The notes under the pieces: model-generated
What the model saw: the letters and a program-made list of their open reading frames with translations, nothing else
The model's database searches: none
What the model was told of the DNA's origin: nothing
DNA from: an uncultured Chloroflexia bacterium
GTDB lineage: Bacteria > Chloroflexota > Limnocylindria > Limnocylindrales > CSP1-4
Assembly (NCBI GenBank): GCA_963828165.1
Contig: CAWHDR010000005.1
Coordinates: 128,001 to 192,000 of the forward strand
Direction: 5' to 3'
DNA length: 64,000 nucleotides
Shown: in pieces, positions 31,082 to 41,267 of the stretch
Position numbering within the stretch: the stretch's first letter is position 1
Layout: the number at the start of each line of letters is the position of its first letter
Made by a program: the position numbers and the translations under genes

Positions 31082-32659
31082 GACCGGCGCGGGCGGCGAA
31101 GCGCGTCGACCATGATCCCGACGATAGAGCGCAGTTCCTCGATCCGCAAGGCGAGCGCGGCGACCACGAAGACGGCCCCGAAGACGGCGGTGACGATCAC
31201 CATGACGCCGATCAGGCCGGGCACGTTCGCGAAGCCGCCGGCGCCCGGATCCGGGGCCAGCAACGGACCGACGTTCTCGTGGGCGACAAGACCCGCCAGG
31301 CCAGCGATCGCCGTCGCCAGGAGGACGCGCAGCCCGAGCCAGGCGACCGCCGCGAACCCGAGCTGCCCGACCCGACGACGCAGCAGGACCAGCAGGAACG
31401 TCGCCTCGAGCCAGGCGGCGACCGCGATGGCGAGGGCGATCCCCGGCAACCCCAGCGGCTCGACCAGGGCAACCGCGAGGGTCGTGTTGATGAGGACGGC
31501 CATCACCGCGATCGCCACCGGCGTGCGGGTGTCGTGGAGCGCGTAGAACGCCCGGGCCAGCACCGCGATCAGGGCATGCGCGACAAGCCCGACGAGGAAT
31601 GCGAGGAGGGTGTCGGCGGTCAGCTCGATCACCGACCGGGGGAATCCGCCGAACAGCACGGCGACCGTCTCGACCCGCAGGATGGCGCCGATGACCGCGA
31701 TCGGCAACATGAGCACCGTGAGGAAGCGCAGCGCGCGGGTCAGCAGGTCGACGAATTCGCCGCGGTTGCCCGTCGCCACCTCTCGCGACAGCGACGGGAA
31801 GAGCACGACGCCGAGCGGGACGCCGATGACCCCGATGGGGATCTGGAGCAGGGTGAACGCGTAGGTGAAGGCGGTCACGGCGCCGAGGCCAAGGCCGGTG
31901 GCCAGGCCCGTCACCACGAGGAACGTGATCTGGGTCGCCCCCAGGCCGATCGCCCGCGGCGCCATGAGCCCGAGGGCCTTCCGCGCGGCCGCGTCGGCCG
32001 TATCGATGAGGGGCTGGTAGTGGAACCCGATGGCACCCAACGGGGGGAGCTGGACCAGGAGGTGGCCGAGTGACCCGACCACGACCCCGATCGCGAGCCC
32101 GACGGCACCCATCGACGGAGCCAGCACGATCGCGGCGCCGATGATGGCGAGGTTGTAGACGCTCGGGGCGACCGCAGCGGCCGCGAACCGTCCGCGTGAG
32201 TTGAGCACGCTGGTCGCTACCGCGCCCATGGCCAGGAAGATCGGGCTCAGCACCATGATCCGGGTCAGCTCGATCGTGCGGGCCATCGTCGGCGCATCGA
32301 AGCCGCCCGCGTAGGCGGGCACGATGACGTCGGCACCCACGAAGACGATCACGCCGAGCACGGCCAGTGCGACGAGCATCAGGTTCGTGACCGTCGACAC
32401 CACGCGCCACGCACGTCCTTCCCCGTCGCTCGCCGTCACGCTCGCGAGGACCGGGATGAGCGCGGACGACAGGGCCCCCGCGGCGACGAGCTGGAACATC
32501 AGGTCGGGCAATCGGAAGGCGGCGAAGAACGCGTCCGAGCTCGGTGGTGGGAAGGGTGTTGCCGATGACCACGAGGCGCACCCAGCCGAGCACGCGAGAA
32601 AACAGGAATGCGCCCGAGACGATCATCCCGGCGCGGGCCAGGGTCCGTGCTGCGGTCAC
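31078..32659 (-). CDS. murJ: Lipid II flippase MurJ (MviN), with a +1 frameshift near 32535 (likely error)
   Basis: SRVLGWVR; removing one G restores DAFFAAFRLPD; GALSSALIP, Q.PIGVIG and RAFYA.HDTRTP motifs. Confidence 0.93.
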
Positions 32660-33645
32660 GGCCCGTCGCCCCGGCGCGCGCGCGGATGCGCATCGCGGTA
32701 GGCCGCCGCCAGGCGACCGGGCGATACGTGCGTGTAGATCTGGGTCGTCGCCAGGTTCTCGTGTCCGAGGAGCTCCTGGACGACGCGCAGGTCCGCGCCG
32801 CCGTCGAGCAGGTGCGTCGCGAAGGAATGCCGAAGCGTGTGTGGCGATACGCCCTGGGGGAGGCCGGCTCGGCGGCACAGTCGGTCGAGCCGGTACCGCA
32901 GACCGCGGACCCCGAGCGGCGCGCCGTGGTGGTTCAGGAAGACCTCGGTCGGCGCCGGGTCGGCGTCGCCGGCCGGGCGGCGGTCCAGGAGGATCGGGCG
33001 GCCGTGGTCCAGGTACGTTGCGAGGGCCGCGAGGGCCGGCCGGCCCAACAGGCCGATGCGTTCCTTGCGGCCCTTGCCGATCACCCGGATCTCGCCGCGG
33101 CGCGGGTCCAGTGAGCCGAGATCCGCGGCGGCGAGCTCGCTGATCCGCAGGCCCGCGGCATAGGCGGTCTCGACGAGCGCTCGGTCGCGCAGCGCCAGCG
33201 CGATGGCGACGGCGATCCGATCCGGGCTGGCCGCCTCGGCTTGGGTCAGCTCCGCATCCACCGCGGCGAGCAGGCGGTCGACCTGGTCGACCTCCAGGAC
33301 CCGCGGCAGCCGCCGCGGCAGCCGCGGCGTCGCGATGGCGCCCCATGGGTCACCGGCTGCGAGACCCTCACGGGCGGCCCACCGGTGGAAGGACCGGATC
33401 GCTGCCAGCCGCTGGGCGACGGTCGTCCGTGCCGCGGTGCTCCCGAGATGCGCCAGGTACGCGCGCAGGTCCGAGCGCGCGGGACGCGCCCAGTCCACGC
33501 CACGTTCGAGGAGCCAGGAGAGGTACGCCCCGACGGCCGTGGCATAGGCCCGGATCGTGTGCGGTGAGGCGTCGCGAGCCGCGAGCGAGCGGAGGAACCG
33601 CTCGAGCGCCGGATGGGTCGCAGGATCGCCCGCGACCGCGCTCAC
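32656..33645 (-). CDS. xerC: Tyrosine recombinase XerC/XerD
   Basis: SPHTIRAY, RDRA..E..Y..GLRISEL, GKGRKER, HTLRHSFATHLL, VQELLGH...TTQIYTH; located downstream of topA. Confidence 0.9.
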   Translation of the reverse strand: MSAVAGDPATHPALERFLRSLAARDASPHTIRAYATAVGAYLSWLLERGVDWARPARSDLRAYLAHLGSTAARTTVAQRLAAIRSFHRWAAREGLAAGDPWGAIATPRLPRRLPRVLEVDQVDRLLAAVDAELTQAEAASPDRIAVAIALALRDRALVETAYAAGLRISELAAADLGSLDPRRGEIRVIGKGRKERIGLLGRPALAALATYLDHGRPILLDRRPAGDADPAPTEVFLNHHGAPLGVRGLRYRLDRLCRRAGLPQGVSPHTLRHSFATHLLDGGADLRVVQELLGHENLATTQIYTHVSPGRLAAAYRDAHPRARRGDGP

Positions 33646-36050
33646 GCGCCGGCGGCCGGTTCGGTCGGGGCCGCCCGTCGTGTGCTGCCGCGTGCGCCGC
33701 CGCGGGTCGTGCGGGTCCGCCCGCCGGCGCGGGCGCCACCGGACCGGCCGCCACGGGCGGGTCGGGCCAGCGCGGCCGGATCGGCCGGGCCACCCGGATA
33801 CCGCTCGCCAGGGACGATGGTGTCGGGGGTGGCCTCGCTCGCGGACCCGCAGATCAGGCAGATCGCGGCCTCGCCCTTGCGTGCCAGCGGGCCATCATCG
33901 ACATCGTGCGACCCACCGAGCGGTTCGTTGTTCGTCGTGAAGTCGCACTTGGGGTACTTGGAGCACCCCCAGAAGACGTTGCCGGTCCGTCGCGCGCGAC
34001 GCGGGACCAGGATCCCGTCCTTGTTCTTGGGGCAGACGACCTCGAACGGGAGCGGATCCGGCGGCGGCGGACCCTCCTTCTTGATGTAGTCGCACTCCGG
34101 GTATCTGGAGCAGCCCAGGAACGGCCCGTAGCGCCCGTTCTTGCCGACCAGCGTGCCCTCACCGCACTTGGGGCAGACCTCTCCCTGGCCGTCCTGCGGT
34201 GGCGGGAGGTCTTCGGGCAGCGGTCGCGTCTCCTTGTGCTCCGGGTAGAGGGAGCAGGCGAGGAAGCGTCCGTTGCGCCCGAAGCGGATGACCATCGGGT
34301 GGCCCTCAGAGCACACCTCGTCGGTCTCCTGCACCGGGCCGGGCCGCGCCGCCGCGGCGTCGATCGCGTCCGTCAGCGGACCGTAGAACGCGCGAAGGAG
34401 CGGCACCCAGGCTCGCTCCCCGGTCGCGACCTCGTCGAGCTCCTCCTCCATCCTCGCCGTGAACGCAACGTCCACGTAGTCGCCGAAGTTTTCGACCAGG
34501 TAGTCGGTGACCACCATGGCCAGCGGATCAGGCCACAGGCGGCGCTCCTCGACGCGCACATATCCCCGGTCGACGATCGTCGAGATGGTCGCGGCGTAGG
34601 TCGACGGCCGTCCGATCCCGTGCTCCTCGAGCGCCTTGATCAGGGTCGCCTCCGTGAAGCGCGGCGGCGGTTCGGTGAAGTGCTGGGTCGGGGTGACGTC
34701 CCGCACGCTGGTGGCGTCGCCCTCGGCCAGGGTCGGCAGACGGCCGCTCCCCTCCTCGTCCTCGTCGGCGTCGTCATCGCGACCCTCCGTGTAGACGCGA
34801 GCGAATCCCTCGAACAGCGTCTTGGTCGAGCTGGCCCGCAGCTCGTACGGTCCGTCGGCGAGCTCCACGGTCGTCGTCTCGAGCTCCTTGGGCGCCATCT
34901 GCGAGGCGAGCGCGCGCTGCCAGATGAGGCGGTAGAGACGCAGCTCCTCGGGCTTGAGCGTGCCTTCCAGTGAATCGGGATCGCGCCGGAACGACGTCGG
35001 GCGGATCGACTCGTGCGCCTCCTGGGCACCCTTGGACTTCGTCTTATAGACCCGACCCTTCGGCATCGTGAACGGGTCGCCGTAGCGGGCGGCGATGACC
35101 TCGCGTGCTTCGCCCATCGCGATGCCGGCGATCGCGGTCGAATCGGTTCGCATGTAGGTGATGAGCCCGTCGGGCGTGTCAGCGCCCTCGTACAGCCGCT
35201 GGGCGATCGACATCGTCCTCTTGGGGCTGAACGAAAGCTTCCGGCTCGCCTCCTGCTGGAGGGTGGAGGTCGTGAATGGTGGTGCCGGCGATCGCTTCTG
35301 GGTACGAACACCGATCTTGCGCACGACCGGCTTTGCCTCGCGCAGCGCGGTCACGTGACGCTCGGCCGTGACCTCGTCGGAGACATCGAGCGCCTCGCCG
35401 TCGATCCGGACGAGCTCGGCGGCGAACGTGTCGCCGGCGGCCGTCGCGAGGATGGCCTCGATCGTCCAGTACTCGCGAGCGGTGAACGCATCGATCTCGC
35501 GCTCGCGCTCGACCACGAGCCGGACCGCTACGGACTGGACGCGGCCGGCCGACAGGCCGCGGCGTACCTTCTTGCCGATGAGCGGGCTGAGGGTGTAGCC
35601 GACCAGCCGATCGACGATGCGGCGGGTCTGCTGGGCGTCGACGAGGTTCTGGTCGATGTCCCGCGGATTGGCGAACGCGTCGCGGATCGCGGACTCCGTG
35701 ATCTCGCTGAAGGTCACGCGCCGGGTCTTCGCGACGGGGACGTGGGCGGCCTCGGCGACGTGCCAGGCGATCGCCTCACCTTCGCGGTCGAGGTCGGTCG
35801 CGAGGAAGACGAGATCCGAGCTCTTGGCTGCCTTCTCGATCTCGTTGACCTGCTTGCGCCGGTCGTCGTTGATGACGTACTCGGGCTCGAACTCGTGATC
35901 GACGTCCACGCCGAACTTGCCCTTGCCCGGGTTCTCGGGCAGGTCGCGGACATGGCCGTAGGACGCGAGGACCTTGTAATCGGTCCCGAGGTATCGCTCG
36001 ATGGTGCGCGCCTTGGCCGGCAATTCGACGATGACGAGGTTCTTTGACAC
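33642..36050 (-). CDS. topA: DNA topoisomerase I with C-terminal zinc ribbons
   Basis: TOPRIM (ATDLDREGE), SAGRVQS, LITYMRTDS, AQEAHE and GIGRPSTY motifs; C4 zinc fingers. Confidence 0.97.
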   Translation of the reverse strand: MSKNLVIVELPAKARTIERYLGTDYKVLASYGHVRDLPENPGKGKFGVDVDHEFEPEYVINDDRRKQVNEIEKAAKSSDLVFLATDLDREGEAIAWHVAEAAHVPVAKTRRVTFSEITESAIRDAFANPRDIDQNLVDAQQTRRIVDRLVGYTLSPLIGKKVRRGLSAGRVQSVAVRLVVEREREIDAFTAREYWTIEAILATAAGDTFAAELVRIDGEALDVSDEVTAERHVTALREAKPVVRKIGVRTQKRSPAPPFTTSTLQQEASRKLSFSPKRTMSIAQRLYEGADTPDGLITYMRTDSTAIAGIAMGEAREVIAARYGDPFTMPKGRVYKTKSKGAQEAHESIRPTSFRRDPDSLEGTLKPEELRLYRLIWQRALASQMAPKELETTTVELADGPYELRASSTKTLFEGFARVYTEGRDDDADEDEEGSGRLPTLAEGDATSVRDVTPTQHFTEPPPRFTEATLIKALEEHGIGRPSTYAATISTIVDRGYVRVEERRLWPDPLAMVVTDYLVENFGDYVDVAFTARMEEELDEVATGERAWVPLLRAFYGPLTDAIDAAAARPGPVQETDEVCSEGHPMVIRFGRNGRFLACSLYPEHKETRPLPEDLPPPQDGQGEVCPKCGEGTLVGKNGRYGPFLGCSRYPECDYIKKEGPPPPDPLPFEVVCPKNKDGILVPRRARRTGNVFWGCSKYPKCDFTTNNEPLGGSHDVDDGPLARKGEAAICLICGSASEATPDTIVPGERYPGGPADPAALARPARGGRSGGARAGGRTRTTRGGARGSTRRAAPTEPAAGA

Positions 36051-36142
36051 GGCCGGGAGTGTAGCACCGGGTCCTTCGCGGACCCTTCGCTCATTCGAGG
36101 GGCCCGCGGCGTCCGTCGGTCGCGCCCGAAGGGCGCGCGGCA

Positions 36143-36481
36143 TCAGACCTCGCGGATGCGTCGGAGGAAGTCCTCGTCGATCTCGAGGTTCTCGTCGTCG
36201 TCGAGCGACTCGGCCGGGGGCGCCGCCACGGGTACCGCGACCTCGACCGCGACCTCGAGCTCGGTGCCGACGAGGGACCGCGGTGGGATCTCGACGAACC
36301 GAACGTGGAGGTACGGGAAGAAGAAGACCGCGTTGATGTCGTCGATGAACACCGGGCGCTTGCCGTCGAGGGTCTTCATGTTCGTGCAGCGGACGCCCAG
36401 GTCGAGGGCCGTCGGGAGCTCGAACAGGTCGACGACGACCGGCTGCTCGTTGTTGAGGTGGAGGACGGCGTTTCGGATCAT
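36143..36481 (-). CDS. Hypothetical protein, small beta-rich domain with acidic tail
   Basis: 112 aa with protein-like composition and GC3-rich codons; ends EIDEDFLRRIREV. Confidence 0.8.
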   Translation of the reverse strand: MIRNAVLHLNNEQPVVVDLFELPTALDLGVRCTNMKTLDGKRPVFIDDINAVFFFPYLHVRFVEIPPRSLVGTELEVAVEVAVPVAAPPAESLDDDENLEIDEDFLRRIREV

Positions 36482-36533
36482 GACCGCATGGTGGGCCGCC
36501 GCAACGCCCTTTGGAGTGGCCCGATGGTCCCGT

Positions 36534-38191
36534 CTAGGGGTGGTAGAAGTCGACGACGAGCCGAACGCGCCCGCCCGACACCCACACGCCGATGCCGGCG
36601 CGGTCGTACTGGCTGTTCATCATGTTCACGTAATGGCCACCGTTGTAGGACTTCTCGCTCTGGAAATAGAGATGGCTGCCGAGGACGGCGCCCCTCGGGT
36701 TGCCGGAACGGCAGCCGAGGTTCTCCGCCCAGCGGTAGCTCGTGTAACCGGCGCGGCGCAGACGGTCGCCCGGGTTGCCGCCGATGAAGTGGCTGCAATC
36801 CGCCCCGACGGCCAGCTTCTTGGCGTACGGCCGCGCGACCTTGCTGCTGATGCCGCTGTCGAGCCTGAGCGGGGCGACGTTTCGGCCACCGGGGCTGCTG
36901 CAGCCGCCACTCGACGTCACCCAGCCACCGGTCCGTGTGCAGTTCATCAGGCCCAGGTAGAACCGTTCCACCGACGCCCAGCTTCCTCCGCCGACGGAGC
37001 CACCGCCGCACCGCCACCGCCACCGCCGCCACCGCCCGATCCGCCGCTGGGCGGTGGGTCGCTGGTCGTTTGCCGTGCGACCGGCTTCAGCTCGGTCCGG
37101 AACGCGGCCTGCTCGGCGGCCTTGAGCGGAACGCCGTCGGCGCTTCGCGCCGATCGGGCGACGGTCGCAACGACCCGCGTGTCGTAGGCGAATGATTTGG
37201 CCGGGTCGAAGACGAGGACCGTGTCGTTCTCGGCGAACGTGACCTTGCCCTTGATCGGCTTCCCGGCCACGAGGACCTTGAAGGCCCGCTTCACGGAGGC
37301 GCGGTCCATCTTCTGGCTGAAGCGCACCGAGATATCCGTGGGCCGCGCCACGTCCTGCGTGCGCGCCGCCGGCCGGAAGCGAACGACCGCCGGGGCGACG
37401 GCGGTCCTGACCGCCATGGCGATGCGCTCTACGGGGACGCCGTCGCGGTCGGTGACGCCCTCCACGATCAGCGTATAGCGGGTATCGGCCTTGAGCGCCT
37501 TGTTCGGCGTGAAGACGTAGCGCGGCAGACCGTCGACGTCCGACTCGACCGTGAGCTTGCCAGGGACCGCGGGGTCGAGCCGAACAGCCGTTGCCACGCT
37601 CGCGGCGTCCACGGGGCGATCGAACCCGACCGAGAACGTGGTATCGAGCGCGACCCGCTTGGCAAGCTTGTCGGTCGCCGCGACCACCGGGGTCGTCGGC
37701 CCGCGGGTCAGGAACGCCGCCCGCACGGGCTTCGTCAATGGCCGGCCCGTCCCGGCGAGCGCGCCCGGCTGGACCGTGATCGTGTGATACGTGTCAGCCG
37801 CCCAGTGCGCGACCGGCACGATGGTCACGGCCGTGTCGTCCTCGTTCCAGAGCAGCTCGACGGCGGTCGGTGGCTCGACGACCAGCGCGGCCTCGACCGA
37901 CGCGCGCTCCATGGGGGTCGAGAATCCGACGACCGTAGCGGCCTGGAGCTCGACGCCGGTACCGACCGAGGTCCGGAATGCGGCCTGGGTGAGGGGCACG
38001 ATATCGGTCGGTGGGGTGGCGGTCGTGAGGGTGGGCCGAACGAACGCCACGACCCCCAGTCCGAGCGCTGCCCCCAGGCTGAGCGCGACGGTCGCGCGCA
38101 CGATCCCCGATCGCCGCAGGGCGGTGGCCGCGTAGATCGCGGCCAGCACCGGGACGGCGAGGATCGCGATGATGAGCTTCCGCAATACCAT
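36534..38191 (-). CDS. Membrane-anchored Ig-like (Big_5) repeat plus CAP/SCP domain protein, with a frameshift near 37009
   Basis: N-terminal TMs; three F..PMD..SV Ig-like repeats; Gly linker; CAP motifs SH..G..PGDRL, WAENLG, GH..NMM...Y.RAGIG in the 36534-36971 frame. Confidence 0.85.
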
Positions 38192-38321
38192 TCCCTGACT
38201 GGGTCAGTGGGGAGCGGCGGGGAGACATCCGCGCGGCCGCTGCGTCTCGTTGGGGCGTGACGCGTGACCGAGGGTAGCACCGACCTGGCAAGCCGGGCAA
38301 CCCTACGTTGGGCAGGGTGGC

Positions 38322-39635
38322 TCATCGTGGTCTGATCGGGGAACGTTCGCCCAGGAGCGGACCAGCAGGCCGATAGCGCCCGTGGATCCCCACCGCGAGA
38401 CCGCGGCGCTCGAGCAGGACGAGCGCGGTGAGGACGGTCGCGATCGGCAAATCCGTGACGGCCACGAGCTCGTCAACCGTCACGTGGCCGGCGACCAGCT
38501 GGGCGGCGATCCCGCCCTCGACCGCCCCGAGTGACTGCGTCGTCGCCGCCGCGACCGCGTCGCGCATCCCCGCGATCGGGCGGGCGAACCCCAGGTCCGC
38601 GATGAGCTGCGGGACGCCTGCGACGATGTGCGCCTCGTGCTCCCATTCGCGCAAGAACGCGAGGCAACCGGCCGACGCGGGGGCGTCGAGGCTGCCCGGC
38701 ACGAGATAGCACGGTCGACCCTGCTCCAGCGCCCAGGATGCCGTGATGAGGGCGCCGCTCCGGGCTGGCGCTTCCACCACGACCGTCGCATCGCTCAGGC
38801 CGCTGATGATGCGGTTGCGCCGGGGGAACGTTCCGTGACTCGGCTTGACGTCCGGGGCGAGCTCGGAGACGACCGCGCCACCGCCGGCGATGATCGCTGC
38901 CGCCAGTCGCGCGTGCGACCTCGGCGCAACGACGGCGTGACCACCGCCGATGACCGCGACCGTCGTCCCGCCCGCTCGGACCGTGGCTTCGTGCGCCACG
39001 CCATCGATCCCGAAGGCCAGCCCGGACACGACCGTGGCATCTGCCGCGACCAGCGCCGTCGCGATCCGGCCCGCGGTCGTCCGACCGGCGGTGGTCGCGC
39101 GACGCGTCCCGACGATCGCGGCGGCCCGCTCCCGGCTCAGGGCGGCCGGGTCGCCGGTCACGAACAGCACGTGCGGCGGCATGGCGATCGAGGCGAGACG
39201 CGACGGATACGTGGGCTCCTCGACGGTCACCACCCGGACGCCGAGCGAGCGGACGCGCTCGACGATGTCGGTCGACTGCTGGGCGGCCACAGCGATGGCG
39301 CGCGCGACACCGGCATGGATCGGGGCCTGGTCACGCCCGTCGGCTCCGCCCGAGCGCGTCGCCATCAACCGCTCGACGCCAGCCGACCCGGCTGCGACCT
39401 CCATGATGGCGCGGCCGGTCCCGAACTCGGCGAGCAGGGCGGCGAAGCCCACCGGTCCCAGGCCATGGGCGCTGGTCAGAACCGTCCAGGCATCGCGCTC
39501 GCTCGCGTACGGGTCGGTCGGGTCGTCGGCGATCGGTCGTCGGCCATCCGGGTCGAGTGGCTGGACACCGCCATGGGCCGCGGGCGGCGAACCCGTAGCC
39601 GACGGAGACGGCCCGCCGCTGCCGACGCCGAGCAT
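38322..39635 (-). CDS. dprA: DNA-processing protein DprA
   Basis: AIVGTRRAT, VSGLAFGIDG.AH, FPRRNRIISGLS and VVEAP.RSGALITA motifs. Confidence 0.95.
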   Translation of the reverse strand: MLGVGSGGPSPSATGSPPAAHGGVQPLDPDGRRPIADDPTDPYASERDAWTVLTSAHGLGPVGFAALLAEFGTGRAIMEVAAGSAGVERLMATRSGGADGRDQAPIHAGVARAIAVAAQQSTDIVERVRSLGVRVVTVEEPTYPSRLASIAMPPHVLFVTGDPAALSRERAAAIVGTRRATTAGRTTAGRIATALVAADATVVSGLAFGIDGVAHEATVRAGGTTVAVIGGGHAVVAPRSHARLAAAIIAGGGAVVSELAPDVKPSHGTFPRRNRIISGLSDATVVVEAPARSGALITASWALEQGRPCYLVPGSLDAPASAGCLAFLREWEHEAHIVAGVPQLIADLGFARPIAGMRDAVAAATTQSLGAVEGGIAAQLVAGHVTVDELVAVTDLPIATVLTALVLLERRGLAVGIHGRYRPAGPLLGERSPIRPR

Positions 39636-41206
39636 CAGGACGCCAGCGCCTCGGCGGCGCGCGTCGCCGGCGAGCGGTACCAGGCGGCCTCGTCGAGGTG
39701 GACGGCCTCCACGCTCATCGAGCCATCCAGGTCGGCGATCGTTCGCGCCACCCGAAGCAGCCGTTCCGTGCCGCGACCGGACGCGAGCTCGTCGTCGGCG
39801 AGGGCGACCACGCGCGCGGCCGCCGCGGGAGACAGCCGGCAGGCGCGCCGGAGGGTCCTGCCCCGCAGCCGCCCGTTGAGAATCCCGCGATCAAGCGCCG
39901 AGCGAGCCCGCGCCGCGGCGATGCGCGCCCCGACGGCTGCAGACCCTTCCGGATCCCGTACGGCGACGATCGCCCCGGCCGACATCCGCGGCATCATGAC
40001 CCACAGGTCGATCCGGTCACGAAGTGGCCCGGACACGCGGCGTCCATAACGCTCGATGTCGCCCGGGGTGCAGCGGCAACGCCCTTCCGGCACCGTGCCC
40101 GCGAACCCGCACGGGCACGGATTCATCGCGGCAACCAGCTGGAAGCGGCACGGGAAGGTCATCGTGCGGCCGGCTCGCGCGATGACGACCCGCCCCTCCT
40201 CGAGCGGCTGCCGGAGGGCCTCCAGCACGTCCCGGTCGAATTCGGCCAGCTCGTCGAGGAACAGCACGCCCAGGTCCGCCCTCGTGATCTCGCCGGGCGT
40301 GATGCTCGGGCCGCCACCGACCATGGCCGCGTAGGACAGCGTGTGATGCGGCGATCGGAACGGCGGCCGGCGGTGGAGCTCGCGCACGGGTCCCTCCCCG
40401 GCAGCCGATGCCACGATCGACACCGACAGCGCCGCCGCGTCGTCGAGCGGTGGCAGCAGTCCGGGGATCGTCCGCGCGAGCAGCGTCTTGCCTACGCCGG
40501 GCGGACCGATCATGAGCATGCCGTGGCCGCCGGCGAGGGCGATCTCGAGGGCACGCCGCGCCTCGAGCTGGCCACGGACCTCGGCCAGGTCCGGGACGGC
40601 AGGCGCGCCACCACCGGCACCGTGGTCGGGCGCGTCCGTGGCCGCAGCCGTGTCCGAGATCGTCACGCGGGGCATCGCCACGAGCGCGCGGCGGGACCGG
40701 CGGCCGCGCACCGCGACGGTCGCCTCGGCCAGGGTATCGACGGCGACGACCTCGACGCCGTTGACGAGCCGAGCCTCGTCGGCCGCCGAGGCCGCCACGA
40801 CGACCCTCCGGACCCGCTGGCGCGCCAAGCACGCCACCATCGGGAGGATGCCGGGCACCGGACGCACCTCGCCGCCCAGCCCGAGCTCGCCGATCAGCGC
40901 GACAACGGCGCGGTCCGCGCGCACCTGCTCGGAGCCGAGCAGGATGCCCAAGGCCATCGCGAGATCCAGGGACGCACCGGTCTTGCGTAGCTCTGCGGGC
41001 GCAAGATTGACGGTGATCCGGCGCGGCGGAAACACGAAACCGGCGTTGCGGATCGCCCCACGAACCCGTTCGCGGGCCTCCTGGACCGCGGTGTCCGCAA
41101 GCCCGACGATCGCGAAGCCGGGCAGCCCCGGGGCGACGTCGACCTCGACCCGGATGAGCCGCCCGTCGAGCCCGTGGAGGGTGGCGGACGGGACGACAGC
41201 CAACAT
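39635..41206 (-). CDS. comM: YifB/ComM Mg-chelatase-like AAA+ ATPase
   Basis: IVGLADTAVQEARERV, ITVNLAPA, GPPGVGKT, FRSPHH, LFLDE, AAMNPCPCG and SGPLRDRID motifs. Confidence 0.95.
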   Translation of the reverse strand: MLAVVPSATLHGLDGRLIRVEVDVAPGLPGFAIVGLADTAVQEARERVRGAIRNAGFVFPPRRITVNLAPAELRKTGASLDLAMALGILLGSEQVRADRAVVALIGELGLGGEVRPVPGILPMVACLARQRVRRVVVAASAADEARLVNGVEVVAVDTLAEATVAVRGRRSRRALVAMPRVTISDTAAATDAPDHGAGGGAPAVPDLAEVRGQLEARRALEIALAGGHGMLMIGPPGVGKTLLARTIPGLLPPLDDAAALSVSIVASAAGEGPVRELHRRPPFRSPHHTLSYAAMVGGGPSITPGEITRADLGVLFLDELAEFDRDVLEALRQPLEEGRVVIARAGRTMTFPCRFQLVAAMNPCPCGFAGTVPEGRCRCTPGDIERYGRRVSGPLRDRIDLWVMMPRMSAGAIVAVRDPEGSAAVGARIAAARARSALDRGILNGRLRGRTLRRACRLSPAAAARVVALADDELASGRGTERLLRVARTIADLDGSMSVEAVHLDEAAWYRSPATRAAEALAS

Positions 41207-41212
41207 GGCGCC

Positions 41213-41267
41213 ACCCTAGCGACGCTCGCTCACCCCGCCATTACCGGCCGCTCACCGGCGGCTCACC
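41213..41267 (-). promoter_or_regulatory. comM-dprA promoter: -10 TAGGGT plus four 11-bp-period direct repeats (GGTGAGC)
   Basis: Plus-strand GCTCACC at 41228, 41250 and 41261, with CATTACC at 41239; -10 box at 41213-41218. Confidence 0.6.

Noticed and set aside
32656-33645. Integrase of a mobile element
   Set aside because: XerC/D-type sequence in the conserved dprA-topA-xerC context; no att repeats or cargo.
36015-36030. TopA VELPAK instead of the conserved VESPAK
   Set aside because: A single TCG>TTG change in an assembly with other probable errors; it cannot be interpreted without reads.
38192-38321. c-di-AMP (ydaO) riboswitch upstream of the Ig-CAP surface protein
   Set aside because: Only small hairpins are present; the conserved GCTGAATCC and CCGTCAGCTAAC motifs are absent.
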